A stretch of 64,000 bases of DNA from contig CM022666.1 in the NCBI GenBank assembly GCA_012295275.1, forward strand, positions 2,232,001 to 2,296,000. Direction: 5' to 3'. Of this stretch, positions 14,928 through 29,590 are shown one piece after another (positions within the stretch are counted from its first letter, which is position 1; each line of letters starts with the position of its first letter). Source of the DNA: Chrysomallon squamiferum (lineage: Eukaryota; Animalia; Mollusca). Both the position numbers and the translations under genes were made by a program. A model generated the notes under the pieces. The model worked only from the letters and a program-made list of their open reading frames with translations, was not told where the DNA came from and made no database searches.

Positions 14928-15337
14928 CCTACATTCATACTATAATAGACAAGACTGTAGTTAACCTGTTCAATAGCCAACTCCTTTGTTGCAGCACTGG
15001 AGATGTCGTGTATCTGTTCACTGTACTGGTCAAAGCCAAACTCGATGATTCTCTCCAGCGTAAAATCTTCCGATTTCGGATCAAACGTTTTCTGCATTTC
15101 TTCCTGGAGAAAATCAGATTTTTTCTTTGTTTAGTTTATTGTTTTTAAAATTTAAAATAATAATAATAACAATATTAATGACAATAACAATAACAACAAT
15201 AATGACAATAATAAAAATAATAATAATAATAATGACAATAACACTAATAATAACAATAACAATAATATGTATGACAATAGTTATAATAATAATGATAATT
15301 ATATAAATAACAAGAATAACAATAGGACAATATCACA

Positions 15338-15390
<53 letters not shown>

Positions 15391-16292
15391 CATAAAAATA
15401 ATAACACAATGACAATAATAATGATAATAATAAAATTTCAAAAATAAAAATATTACAAACTAAATCAATTTACTTTAACAAAAATAATATCCATTTGTAG
15501 AAAGAAAAATTGGATTAAAAACTAAAATTAGAAATTATGTAAAAAAAAATTACAGTAATGTATTAATAATTAACTTAATCTGCAGAAACAAAAATCTTAT
15601 CCCAATAATTAATAATGACAACAATACTTTAATGAATTTTCTTTATTAATTTCTGTTTTGGAATGGATAACTCTGCAGTGGAAGTGGAAGCAATGAAGAG
15701 ATTTGATCCTGCAGCCTCTCAGTACACACCTGTGTAATAATAACTGTTAAGTATGAGAATGAGATGTTTTACCTGTATCTTTGTCCAGTGGCGTGGCCGC
15801 AGAGCGGTGTTTTTCAAATCAGTGATTAGAGGCATCGTGCGTTTAAACTGGTCAACTCTGTTCTTGACCACGTCGACAATCTCCCAGTTTTTGTCCTGGA
15901 AAATTGATTTTAATTTGTAAATAAATGATGTGGAAGAAAGATTTTAATTTATAAAGTAAATTATATAATGAAGAAAGATACATTTTAACTTAGGAATTTC
16001 ATTAAATAATGAGGAAGAAACATTTTACTTATGAAAACAAATTAAATGTTTTTGATAAAAAAATATTAATACTAGAAACTACATTAAATGTTGTATGAAA
16101 CATTTTAGGTTAAAATTAAATTAAATATTGAGGAACCAAAATTTAACTTTATAAATTAAATGAAATGCTGACAAAAAAAATATTCTAATTTATAAATTAA
16201 TTTTCATCAATATAATTAAACAATAATAAAAACAGTTAAATTAATGACAATCATTCTGATAATAAACAAAAAGTAATAATAAAATGAATGTC

Positions 16293-16340
<48 letters not shown>

Positions 16341-17650
16341 CACAATAATAATAATAATAATATAAACAACAACAAAATTAATAATAATAATAATAATAAT
16401 ATAATAAATAACAACAACAGTAATAACCTTTAGATCTCGGCTGTACTTGTTGAGTTTCTTGAAGATTGTAATGGACTGCACCTCCATGTCAGACGTCTGC
16501 AGCTCTGTGAACTTGCCCTGTTTCCACTCCTCCCACAGTCTCTCCCACTCCCTGGCCAGGTCCCACACACTCTCCAGCTGCTCCAGTTCCTGCAGACAGA
16601 GAAACACAGATAAATAAGTAAATAAGTAAATAAATAAATAAATAAATAAATAAGTAAATAAATAAGTAAATAAGTAAATAAATAAGTAAATAAATAAATA
16701 AATAAATAAATTAAATAAATAAATAGAGAAATAAGTAAATAAACAGATAAATAAATAAATGTGTGTGTGTGAGTGTGTATATATAAATAAGTAAAATAAA
16801 GTAAAATAAAATAAATAAATGAATAAAATATATAAATATAATTATAAACAAATTCAATAAACAAATAAATAATTAAATGAATAAATAAGAATATAAATAA
16901 AATAAATAAACATCACAAACAAGAAAATAAGTAAGTAGATAAATAAGTATGTAGGTATGTAAGTGGTTAAGGAACTAAGTAAGTAAGTAGTTAAATAAAT
17001 AAGTGGGTAGGTAAGTAAATATACATATTAAGTAGGTTAATAAATAAGTGAGTAAATAAGAAAATAAAAAAATAAATATGAAAATAAGATATTTCAAACC
17101 ATTGATAAAATCATAAATGAAACACACCTACACTTACACCACACACACACACACACAAACACACTTTTAGTATACAAACACATAAACATAAATATTTACA
17201 CATTCTGTTCATCTACTCAAAATCGGGACTCACTTTTTCCAGACTCATCACTTCCTTTGACGGCTGGTGGTCTATTTTGAAAATGGACAGGCCTTTTCGT
17301 ATCGTCTGCTCTTGCTCCTTCAGAGCGTTCACTGACTGGCGGATCAAGTTGATGGTTTCCAGGGCATCTTTCGTCTGAATTGTGCTGGAGAACGGACCTT
17401 TGGTTGAGAACTCCTCCAGCAGGCTGGACACCTGTTTCTTCAGATCTTCAGACTGTGCCAGCAGACTGGTCTTGAATCTTTCCTGCAGAAGTAATTTCAA
17501 TTATCTTGTACTGGTTTAATATTTTATATATGCATATTGTTTGTTTTTACCTTATTTTATAAAAGAGTAATTTCTAATTCTGTCTGTCTGTGTCCCTGTC
17601 TATCTATCTATCTATCTATCTGTCTCTCTGTCTTTCTGTCTCTCTGTCTT

Positions 17651-17686
<36 letters not shown>

Positions 17687-20600
17687 TATAATTAAACATT
17701 GTTATTTTAAAACAAGGTAATATAAACCCAAAAAGGCCTTCTTCAAGAGAATACATTATATGTCTTACAGTAAAATTTAATAAAATCAAATGAGACACAT
17801 TCATCAATAAATTGCTGAAAGTTGTTGCCAAACTCTGGGTAGTGCCAAACATTGATGCAATATTCATGTTGTCAGTAAAAAATGGATGTGAAAATTTAAA
17901 CTGCCAAAGAGTATCAGGTTAATTGTAAAAATGCAAATTTGCAAATATTACAACTTATGTATCTCATGGAAGCTGATAAAAAGGAATTTTTTATTATTTT
18001 AAGACATGGGTAAAAAACAACTGAGTCCATGAAAGATATAGTAAATTTGTTTTTTCTTACCTTGTGTTTCTTCAACATAACATCAGCATCTATCAGAGTC
18101 TGCTGGAATTTCACCCATTCGTTTGGCAGTTCGTTGTTCATTTCCAAAACCTGAGAACAAAATAACAAATAAATAAATAAATGCAAAAATCAGTTTTCAA
18201 ACAAAATGTCTTAAAAAGCAAGCGCAATGAATGGCAAATATCTTCTCTGAACAAAATAACAAATGGTAAAATCAATTTATAAAGGCATAACCTATTTCTC
18301 CTGAGTTCTGAATTATTCATTAAGAGATATAAGATTTAACTTCTAAGTCCAGACCATCCATCCATCCATCAAACAAGACACACAAACACCCATCCACCCA
18401 CACTTACAAATACACATCCATCCATCAAACCAGACACACAAACACCCATTCAGCCACCCTTACAAACACAAACACATCAATCCATCCATCCATCTATCCA
18501 TTCAAAAACTAGATGTTCTTACTTCTTGTTCAATGGGCACTTCATACTTCTCCAGAATGCTAAACTGCTCATTAAGAGGCAAAAACTTGGCCTCAATCTC
18601 TCTCTGGTTTGTGTGCAGCTGCTCCCATAGTTTCAGGCTTTCTCCCAGATCATCTAAATTCTGGGGAGGTTGACTCACCCTTGTTAGTGAAAAGAAGAAG
18701 AAGAAGAAGAAGAAGAATATAGAGTCTAAAGTAAACTGAATATGGCTTGTACGTCATTCTCTTTTTCAAAAAAATTCTTAAAACAGATTGTTTATTTCTT
18801 TCATAATTGTTTGCTGCCACGAAGATGAATATTTTAATCAAGATCCAGTAAGTTTGATTATAAAATTTATTTTAAAAAAAACCCACTGATAGACAAAAAA
18901 TAAAATAAAATAAAATAAATAAATAAATTAAATTAAATTAAAAAAATAATAATAATAATAATAATTAATAATAATAATAATAATAAAATTACATAAATAA
19001 ATAAATAAACAATAAAAATAAACTGATAAATAAATAATAACAAAAATAATAATAATAAAATATCAACCATGTCTGTAAAATCTTTATGCCTAAAGACATT
19101 TTCATTATCAAAAACAAAAAATACAACATCCGCATTTTCGTGATTTCTGCAAAAAAATCACTTAATACAATAATCTCATTTTTCACTTCTTAACAAAAAC
19201 GAACGAAAAAGCAAAACTCAAGACTTCTTACTTCTCTCCATTTTCTTTGAGGAAAGAATAAAGCTCTTTCAGTTTGGCTGATGCAATTTCTCTCAACAAC
19301 GTGGTGAATTTATTCTGCCACTCGTTACAGTGAGCGAGAATCGACTGTTTCAAAGGAGAGCAATCCAGCAGGACAAACTGGATGTTCAGAATTGTCTCTT
19401 GTGTCTGTACATTGTTGGCCACCTCGTCATATCTGTAAAATGTCAAAAAAAAATTTAAAAAATGTATTTGAAAAGATTGTGGATTATCTGAAGACCTGGG
19501 TGAAAGATGTAATTATCTAAAATTGTCATTTAAATTGTTAATGTTTGAATAGCTGTATTTTCCTAAAAGTTTAAATTAATACTTTAAACATCACACATAT
19601 TGAAGTAGAAACAAATATTTTTGTCAGCATTATTTTTATAACTAACATCATCATCACCATCATCATCATTATTATTACAAGCATTATTTTTTACTATAAT
19701 CATCATGAATATATGCACAGAAAAAGAAATAAAATTTCATCATCATCATAACCATCACTTCATCATCACAATCACCATTATCATTTCCATCACCATCATC
19801 ATCTCAATCACTATCATCATCATCCATCCATCCTATCACCCTCATCATCATCATGATCATCACCACAATCATCACATTCACTATCATGATCATTAACCCC
19901 ACTTTCATCATCATCATCATTACTGTTACTGTTTTACATGCTATAGAATAACAACAACTGAACCAAACCTGGCAATATCGGCGTCAAAGGAAGACACTTG
20001 AGGGTTGAGCTTCTTGTATCTGCGTATGAAAGCATCTTTCTGGATCTCCCAGATTTCTCTGTAGTTGTCCCAGATTGCCAGATATGACTGCAGGTTCTGA
20101 GCATTGGCTTTCATTCCTGCATCTATAACATTCTGGATCTTTGATATCTCTTCATCACGGGAGATAACTTCATGGATAGGCTGTAAAAAAGCCCCAAGAA
20201 TTGTAACTTTTACAGAGCAAGCCAAAATGTGCAGTAAAAACAAACTGAATTAAATTGGAGAAATTATATTTAGTTTTAAAGTAGTAAAAAAAAAAAAAAA
20301 ATGTCATTGTCTAACAGGTCTATAATATTATAATTTCTCAGGCATGAAATTATCAAATAGTTATCACTTCCAGATTTGTTTAAATAACGAGAACATTCAA
20401 AAAAATATTTTGAAAATGAGATAGACCAATGTCATTTTCGTTTCGTTTTTGATATTTATCTTAAAAAAAATATGTATCTTTAAATTCTCAATTTATTTAT
20501 ATAAAGAATAAAATAGAACAATTCTGGAGTATGAATATTATGGGATGATTAAAATTAATATTGATTAAGAATTTTAATTACAGATTTTTTAGTTTTTTTG

Positions 20601-22324
20601 GCAGATTTCAGCTCAATTGGCAGTCGCTGGATTCCAGAAATGGATTCTGTTAATTTCTTCTTCATGCTGCTCATAATGCTGGCCAGTTTCTGCAGAGTGG
20701 GAGCAAACTCAACCTGTGGGAGGGGAAAATATTTAATGTAATATAATGTAATAATATATAATGTAATGTAATGTAAAAAATATAATACAATACTATACTT
20801 TATAATATAATATAATATAACATAACATAACATAACATAATATATTAGTCAATAAATAAATAAAATACAATATTAATTTTAAAAAATAGTCAAACAAAGA
20901 CAAAAAAATACAAACAAAAACAAAATAAAAAAAATTAAAATAAATTAAAATAAAATAAAACAATTATTTAAGAAAATTAAAATTATGAACATCAATACTT
21001 TGAAAAAATTCTTTCATAAAAAAAAAAAATTAAATAAATAAAATAATAATTTTTATATTTTATATTCAATATTAAACAGTGCTCACATAAACTTCATACA
21101 GTCAACCACATTTAGAACCTGATAAAAAATGTATTTCATTTAACATCAGCTCCTAAAATTACAAACAATCTTTTTATATATTTCTTTACACTTCATAATC
21201 CCTGAGACACCATTATTAACAAACCCATTCTGTGACAGTAACATTTCTAAACTGATCCTTGAAGAGACCATAACAAAAAAAAAAATTAAAAATCAAAAAA
21301 TTAAAAATTACCTTTTCCTTTTCTAGAATGACTCTGACCCTGAAAAGTGGGTTTGGCATCGACTTGCCGTCCCCGTTGATGGCTTTGGACAGCTCCTGCA
21401 GGGACCACTTGACGTTGAGACGGAATGCCTCCTCCACCATCCTGTCCATCTTCTCTGTGTACCGCTGCCACGACTGTTGTACCTGCATTTAAAATACATA
21501 CATATATATAAATCAGTAACACACAGACACACACAGTGACAGACACACATACATTCACACAGACACACACACTAACACACTAACATCTTCTCTGTGTACC
21601 GCTGCCACGACTGTTGTACCTGCATTTAAAATACATATACATAGAGATAAGTAACACACAGACACACACAGTGACAGACACACAAACACACACACAAACA
21701 CACTAACACACAAACTAACACACTAACATCTTCTCTGTGTACCGCTGCCACGACTGTTGTACCTGCATTTAAAATACATACATATAGAGATAAGTAACAC
21801 ACATACACACACAGTGACAGAACACACACACATACATTCACACAGAAACACACACAAACTAACACACTAACATTTTCTCTGTGTACCGCTGCCACGACTG
21901 TTGTACCTGCATTTAAAATACATATATATAGAGATAAGTAACACACATACACACACAGTGACAGAACACACACACATACATTCACACAGACACACAAACT
22001 AACACACTAACATTTTCTCTGTGTACCGCTGCCACGACTGTTGTACCTGCATTTAAAATACATATATATAGAGATAAGTAACACACAGACACACACACAC
22101 ACAGACACACAAACTAACACACTAACATTTTCTCTGTGTACCGCTGCCACGACTGTTGTACCTGCATTTAAAATACATATATATATATAAATAACACACA
22201 TACACACACAGTGACAGACACACATACATTCACACAGACACAAACTAACACACTAACATTTTCTCTGTGTACCACTGCCACGACTGTTGTACCTGCATTT
22301 AAAATACATATATATATAAATCAG

Positions 22325-22355
<31 letters not shown>

Positions 22356-24567
22356 GACTCACACAGACACACAAACTAACACACTAACATTTTCTCTGTG
22401 TACCACTGCCACGACTGTTGTACCTGCATTTAAAATATATATATATATAAATAAGTAACACACATACACACACACAAACACACACAGACTCACACAGACA
22501 CACAAACTAACACACTAACATTTTCTCTGTGTACCACTGCCACGACTGTTGTACCTGCATTTAAAAAATATATATATATATAAATAAACACAGACACACA
22601 CACACACATACACACACACACATAGACACACTAACATTTTCTCTGTGTACCACTGCCACGACTGTTGTACCTGCATTTAAAATACACATACATAGAGATA
22701 AGTAACACACACACACACACACACAGAAACAGAACACACAAACTAACACACTAACTAACACAACCAGGCTGCATTGCAAACACAGAGACATAAATCAGTA
22801 ACACACAGACACACACACACACTTACACAAATTTATTATTTTTAAAAGTGACACACAAACTAACTATTAAAAATCACTTGAACTTTTGTACCTGAATTTA
22901 AAATTTTATTTTACACACACACACACACACACTAACACACACAAACACAGACATATATATTTTACTTATACATTTATTATTTTTAAAAGCAAATGTAAAC
23001 TAAAAAATGATTTCATTGAGCTTTTTCTAATTTTTTAAAAATTTTATTATCTAATTATGATACAGTCAAATATTGAATTTCCAAAATTTATATATGATTT
23101 TATTATCATGATTATCTACATATAATTTATTTTATAAAAATAAAGGTTAATTAAATTTAAACAGTTACTTAAAATTATTTTACATTCACCCATACACAAA
23201 CATGCACACAAAACTGACAAATACAAACCAAGACCAAAATAGTCTTTTCACATCCAGTTTCCTTCATATTAATTAAATCTTAAAACATTTTTACATAATC
23301 AATTTAAGCCTGAAACAGAGCATATAAACCAGTTTTATTTTCACACTATCTCTAAAATTGAATTGTTATAAAGTTACTTGTCTAATGTGTCACTATTGTC
23401 GTATTATGTATTTATAATGGTTTGAAAAGATATTTACCATATTTCATGTTATTACAAAGCTTTGTTACCTGATCCAGTCTGTCATTCTTGAAAACCTCAT
23501 GAGTCTGTTTCATTATCATGATAATCTCTCCATGAATTTCTTTCAGTTTCTCAGCAACATTCTCTCGAAGTCTTGCCTGCAGAAACAAACCAAAAAATCA
23601 TAAATTAATTGTTTAGTTATTAAATTTAGAAAGGCTACAACACACAAACACTGGGAATGCTATCTTGAAACCACAATTTTACAAAAACAAAACCTTGACT
23701 TCATCACGAGGAACCAGTTCATAAACAAAACGAGGTACCTGATCTTCTTCGAATTCCAGGTTCTCGTAGATCTTTCTAGTGTCAATATGAACCAGCAGTG
23801 TTTCACTAATCTTTACACAGTGTTTGGATATCTGCATATTGGCACTCTTGTAGTCATCCACAATGGCCTGGGTCTTGCTTGCATGCAGCCGACACTCAGC
23901 AATAAAATAGTCTGAAATGTTCTTGGATGCCCAGGTGAGTTTTGTCAAGCCTGGATGAATTTTTTTGTCAAGAAATTTGATTCTTTCAGTGAACAGGCCT
24001 CTCTCTTCTAACGACAAGGCAGCAATAATTCTAAAAAAGAATGATTTTAAGTAAGTTATGTATTATTAATATTGTGTGTATAATTTTCTTTATGTGTGTG
24101 TGTGTGTGTGTGCGCATCTAATCATACTACTAATATATACACATGTGTGTTTGTGTGTGTACTACTATGGTTATAATTATTATTGCAGTCTTTATTATTC
24201 ATACACACAAACAAATATATTACTGTTGCCATGGTTATTATTATTATAAAAATTTTTATTGTTTATTTTGTTATTTTATATTATTATTATTATTATTATT
24301 GCAATCATTATTATTAGTAGTAGTAGTAGTTGTAGTAGTAGTATTGTAGTCATTACTGTTTTTGCTATAATCATTCTTGTTCTTATTGTTGTTATTATTA
24401 TTATTATTGTTATTATTGTAATCATTATTATTATTATATCATTCTTATTATTATCATCATCATTACAACTACATTTTATTATTACAATCATTATTACTAG
24501 CAGTATTATTATTATTATTGTTAGTCAATCAACATCATCATCATCATCATCATTATTACTTTTACAT

Positions 24568-24617
<50 letters not shown>

Positions 24618-24947
24618 ATTATTATTATTACAATTATTATTATTATTATTATCATTATTATTGTAATTACTGTACTTATTAATATTTTCACCTGTTGTAA
24701 TCACGAACCACCAGAAGAACGTGCTCCCTCAGATTTCTCAAGTCTTCTTTCTTGGAGTACACATCAGCAGCGTAATGTGGAATCTCAAACACCAACCTCT
24801 CCCAGTAGTGTATCTCCTGAAACATCTTCAGCAGATTTCTGTGAACACAAACAAATAAACAGAGGTGTGTGTGTGTAGGTACATATGTGTGCTGGATGTT
24901 TAAGTAAATATGTATACATACATATACAGGTACGTATACAGACACAC

Positions 24948-24978
<31 letters not shown>

Positions 24979-27900
24979 TGCATACACACACACACAAACA
25001 CACACACACACACACATGTGGACACACACACACACACACATATATATATAGGGTTTCTGTAAAGTTACTAAATAGTTCACAGAAAACACACATAAAACAC
25101 ATACACAAACAGTAAAATAGCTTATATTGTTACAACATTTCCTGAAATTGTTTTTTGTTTAACCATGACATTCTTTTTATTATATATAACATATGGTAAC
25201 TTTATGTAAACACACACACACACCTACAGAATACACAGAATCAAATATTATTTTCAAAAAAATAAAGTGTTGTTAACAGAATATTTTTGTGAAAAACTGA
25301 TAAAACAAATATTTTACAAAAATAATATTTACCTGTTGAAATTAATATCCAACATTGGTGGTCTGGCAGTGCTTCTACACATGAGAGGGATTCCAGAAGT
25401 TTCTGTGATTCCTGTAAGATGGAAAACAAACATTTTTAGTGATAACTGTACCAAAATAATTTAAAAAAAAGCAATATCTAAATATTAGTGATAACTGTAC
25501 CAAAAATAATTTTTAAAAAAGCCATATCTAAATATTAGAGATGTTATTAATGAAGCATAAAAAGAATTGAAGTATGAAAAACAGAATGCCATTTTAAAAA
25601 AAATAAAAATTTGGACATTCATGTAAGACAAAAAAAAAAAATATATAAAAATAAAAAAAGAGAAACTTGTTGTAATTGTACCAAAAATAATATTAAAAAA
25701 GGAATATTTAAATAGAAATAGTAATAGAAAAATTAACTGGTTTAAAGTTAGACAAATAAATTCAAATTACTTATCCATTATCAACAGATGCACAAATAAA
25801 GTATATGAAGATTAAAGGAAATTTCTTTACCAACAACAACAACAATACTAGTAAGAAATACTAATAATAGTAGTAATAATAATAAATAATAATAGTAATA
25901 AAAATAAATAATAGTATTAATAAATAATAATAAAAATATAAAGTAAATAATAATGAATAGTAATAATTAAAAATAAAAATAATAATAATAATAATAATAC
26001 CAGTTTATAAATTAATATTAAAGCAACAAAAGGTGAAAATTGCTATAAAATAAGTTTAAACCATCAAAGCATAAATGTGACTTAAAGAGGTCTTGACAGT
26101 TAATTCCTAACCAGAATGCACAACATATCCAACATATAAAAAATCCTAGATTTTACACATCTGTTCTTCTGAAGAGCAATAAACAGTTCCTTAGCTTCCA
26201 TATTTGAATTTTAATAAAACAAAGGTTTGAGTGCAAAAATAAACCATTTTCATTAAAAAAACCAAATAAAAATAAATATATCTATCCATGTATTAAATCA
26301 TGTTAAAAATCAAACCAAAAAAACAAACTAATTTTAGCTATATATCTGATCTTATATCAGATGTCATAGAATCAGTGTTTGGGATGTAAGCACTAAAATA
26401 GAAAATCTAACATGCTGTGGAATCAGAGAACTAAAATGGATGCACCAAAATTTCTACAAGTATATAAAAAAATTTATTTTACATTTCCTACTGCAGTAAG
26501 GAAATAAATACAATTTAAATTGAAGAAAAAAAAGTGGATGCATTGCAATTATAAAAAAAATAATAATAATTTTAAAAAAGGTCCATCATAGGTCAAGGTT
26601 GTTTAACAAGGAAATGTTTAACATTCAGATACTAAAGCAAAAGCTTGTGGATGGTATTTTCAAAATTTGTAAAAAGCCACATGGTTGGTATTTTCCAAAT
26701 AGCACTGACTTACATAATGCTGTTTGCAAGAGAGAAAATTGAACAAGAAAACAAATATTTAATATTAATTACCACTTCCCACAAAATATTTTCTAAACGT
26801 ATTAAACTGTTCTGACAAAGCATTTTCTAAAAGTATTATACTGTTCTGACAAAATAAATTTAGTACAAAATATTTTTTAAACAAAATATAAAAGATTTTC
26901 TAAAATTTAGTACTTAATTGTTTTTACAAAACATTTTTGTAAACAAATATTAAATTGTTTTGACTGTTCATTTTCTAAAACTGGATATTACATATAAAGA
27001 AAACTAAGAATAACATGAATGAGAATTTGTATGACTTTAACAATTTTTAATTCTATACTATACAGCAACATGAATACATTTTTTATATTTTTCAAATAAT
27101 TTAATATCAGTAATTTTTCCATTTATCTGATAAAAAAGATGAAAAAAAAGAACCTAAGAAAAATGCTGCTTATTATTTTTCTATTTTAGAGAATGAAATG
27201 AATATAAAAGATAATGAAAAAATCCCATTATAAAGAGGTGTTGATGTAAAATACTCACCTTTTCAACAGTTTGGTTCCACTCATAGAAAGTTTTACGAAT
27301 GTATTCATCCAAAGCTATACACAAATGTTGATACTGGATTCTCACTTCATCTCCCAATCCAATCATGGGCAAGAAATGGGCTCTATCTAATATCTGAAAC
27401 AAATGAACATAAGGGGGGCTATATATGTGTGTGTGTGTGTGTTCATTATTTAAATTTGGTATATATATATATATATATGTATAGATATACAAAATAAAAT
27501 AATGAATATATTTGATTATTTAAATTTGGTATATATATATATATATATTTCTGGCTCAATCCAACTAGTTTTTGCAGACCACGTCACAGATTTTGTATCA
27601 GTTAAGCATGTACATATCCTAAAAACAACTACTGCATATTTCAACGTCGACATTCATGCTGCTAAACAGTTGACCATTACAGAAATCATATAACATATCA
27701 TCGACATTCTATTACATCGCAGACCACTGTGTCACCCTACATCATTACAACTCTTCCACCCATTTTGTTACCCTGCTCCTGTACAACTGCATAGCTCTTA
27801 CCATCATTCCCCATTCTATTCGCTTTTTCAGCATGCGTGCCCAGTGAGCTGCACCAGCATACTTGGGGTGGGCATTAGACAGAGGCACGCCCTTCTGGGA

Positions 27901-29544
27901 GAGTTCCTTCTTCACAGCGTTCAGTTCTTCGTTGAACAGCTGAAACACTTCCACTGTTTTCTTGTCTATCGTACGGCGAATAGACTGAAAGTTTAAAAAC
28001 AAATAATAATAATAAATGATAAGAATGAAAAAAAAAAGCATTATAAATATCATAAAAATCATATAAAACAAACATAATAATCACATATAAAAAAAAAATA
28101 ATAATAATAAAGTAAAAATTAATTCCAGAATGAATATTTTTTATTTTGTTCAATTAAAATATTATATAATAATAATAATAAAAATAAGAAAATATAAATA
28201 AATTAAAAAATAAAAAAAAAATAATAATAATAAATAATAAAAATTGATCATAATAATGGTTTTATAATAAAGTCTACTATGAAATATATAATCTTATAAT
28301 CATATCTGTCATATATCCATACATGACTATCCATATATATATATGGAAATACACAAACATAAAGAAAGTGAGAGACAAACTATAGAGAGACAACCAGAAA
28401 GACAGAGACACCGACAGACATAAAAACAAAGAGATAACAACACATAGAAAGGAATGAAACAATGAGATTATGGCCATGAAAAATCGTGTAATTTTTTATC
28501 CTTTCTTTAAAAGTTCTTAAATACAGAACACAAGTTCAAAACAGTTTGTCAAAGAATTAGCTAAACTTGACTGTAATTTATTTTTATTATTACCAACCTC
28601 TCTCGACTGAAGATGCATGAAGATGTCCAAGAGTTCAACTCCTTGTTCCACCGTGGTGACCGTCTCAAACGCTGATGTGATGACGTTCTGCATCATCACC
28701 TCTAAGTCTTTGATCCCCGACCGGAACCTGAGTAATTGTAAGATTGTTATTATAGGAATAAATATTTGTTGTGAACAGACACACTCACACACACACACAC
28801 ACATGTACATGTGAATACATTAATGCTAAACTGAAATTCATATAAAGTACTCCACACACACACACATGTACACATACATATATGAATAAATAAATGCCAA
28901 ATGAAAATTCATATGAATATTATTTTCTTAATATTTTAGTATATATTAACATGGGTATCTTATTTAATACAGTATATGTTGTTTTTTATTTTGTTTTATT
29001 TTATTTTATTTATTTATTTTTTGTGTTAATAATTAAAAGAAAGATTCATACAAATATTACATGACTATGAAAATTCATATTAATACTATAAAACAAACAA
29101 ATTCTTTATTTTTATATTAGTATTTTTTTATTGAAAATCCAAAAATACCTCTTCATAATAACAATTATTTGGTGCTTTACAGTTACAAACAGAATGACAC
29201 ACTATTAATTTATCACTCTAAAACTTGAAATTTAAATATTTTCACCTGTTATAATCATCGTGCCATGTGGTTGCCTTCACGTCAAGTATGGTTGACTTAA
29301 CAGCTCTGAGAATGTTGAGATTCTTTTCAAACTGAGCCTCAATCTCGTACATTCCCCGTGTGATTTCGGGTCCCTTCTGTCCAGCAAAGTGTGGCATCTC
29401 TGTCTGGTCGCCTTCATTTTTCCTGGCGAAGTGAATCTGAGCCTCACATACCTGGCAGTTTTAAAGTGGATTAAGTAACGAATTTGAATAAATGAAGTAA
29501 TAAAAAAAAATTGGAAGTGATTGAAATAACATACAAAAAGTCAA

Positions 29545-29590
<46 letters not shown>

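Noticed and set aside
15660-15730. Possible tRNA-derived SINE head (B-box-like GGATCAAATC on the minus strand)
   Set aside because: Too short and degenerate, with no A-box or tail identified.
21483-22690. CRISPR-like repeat-spacer look of the conserved ~50-bp core with variable spacers
   Set aside because: The spacers are homologous CA-rich low-complexity DNA and the core is a copy of the adjacent exon junction.
27502-27790. Relatively GC-rich intronic block with a 63-aa plus-strand ORF
   Set aside because: No motif, terminal repeats or clear structure that I can support.
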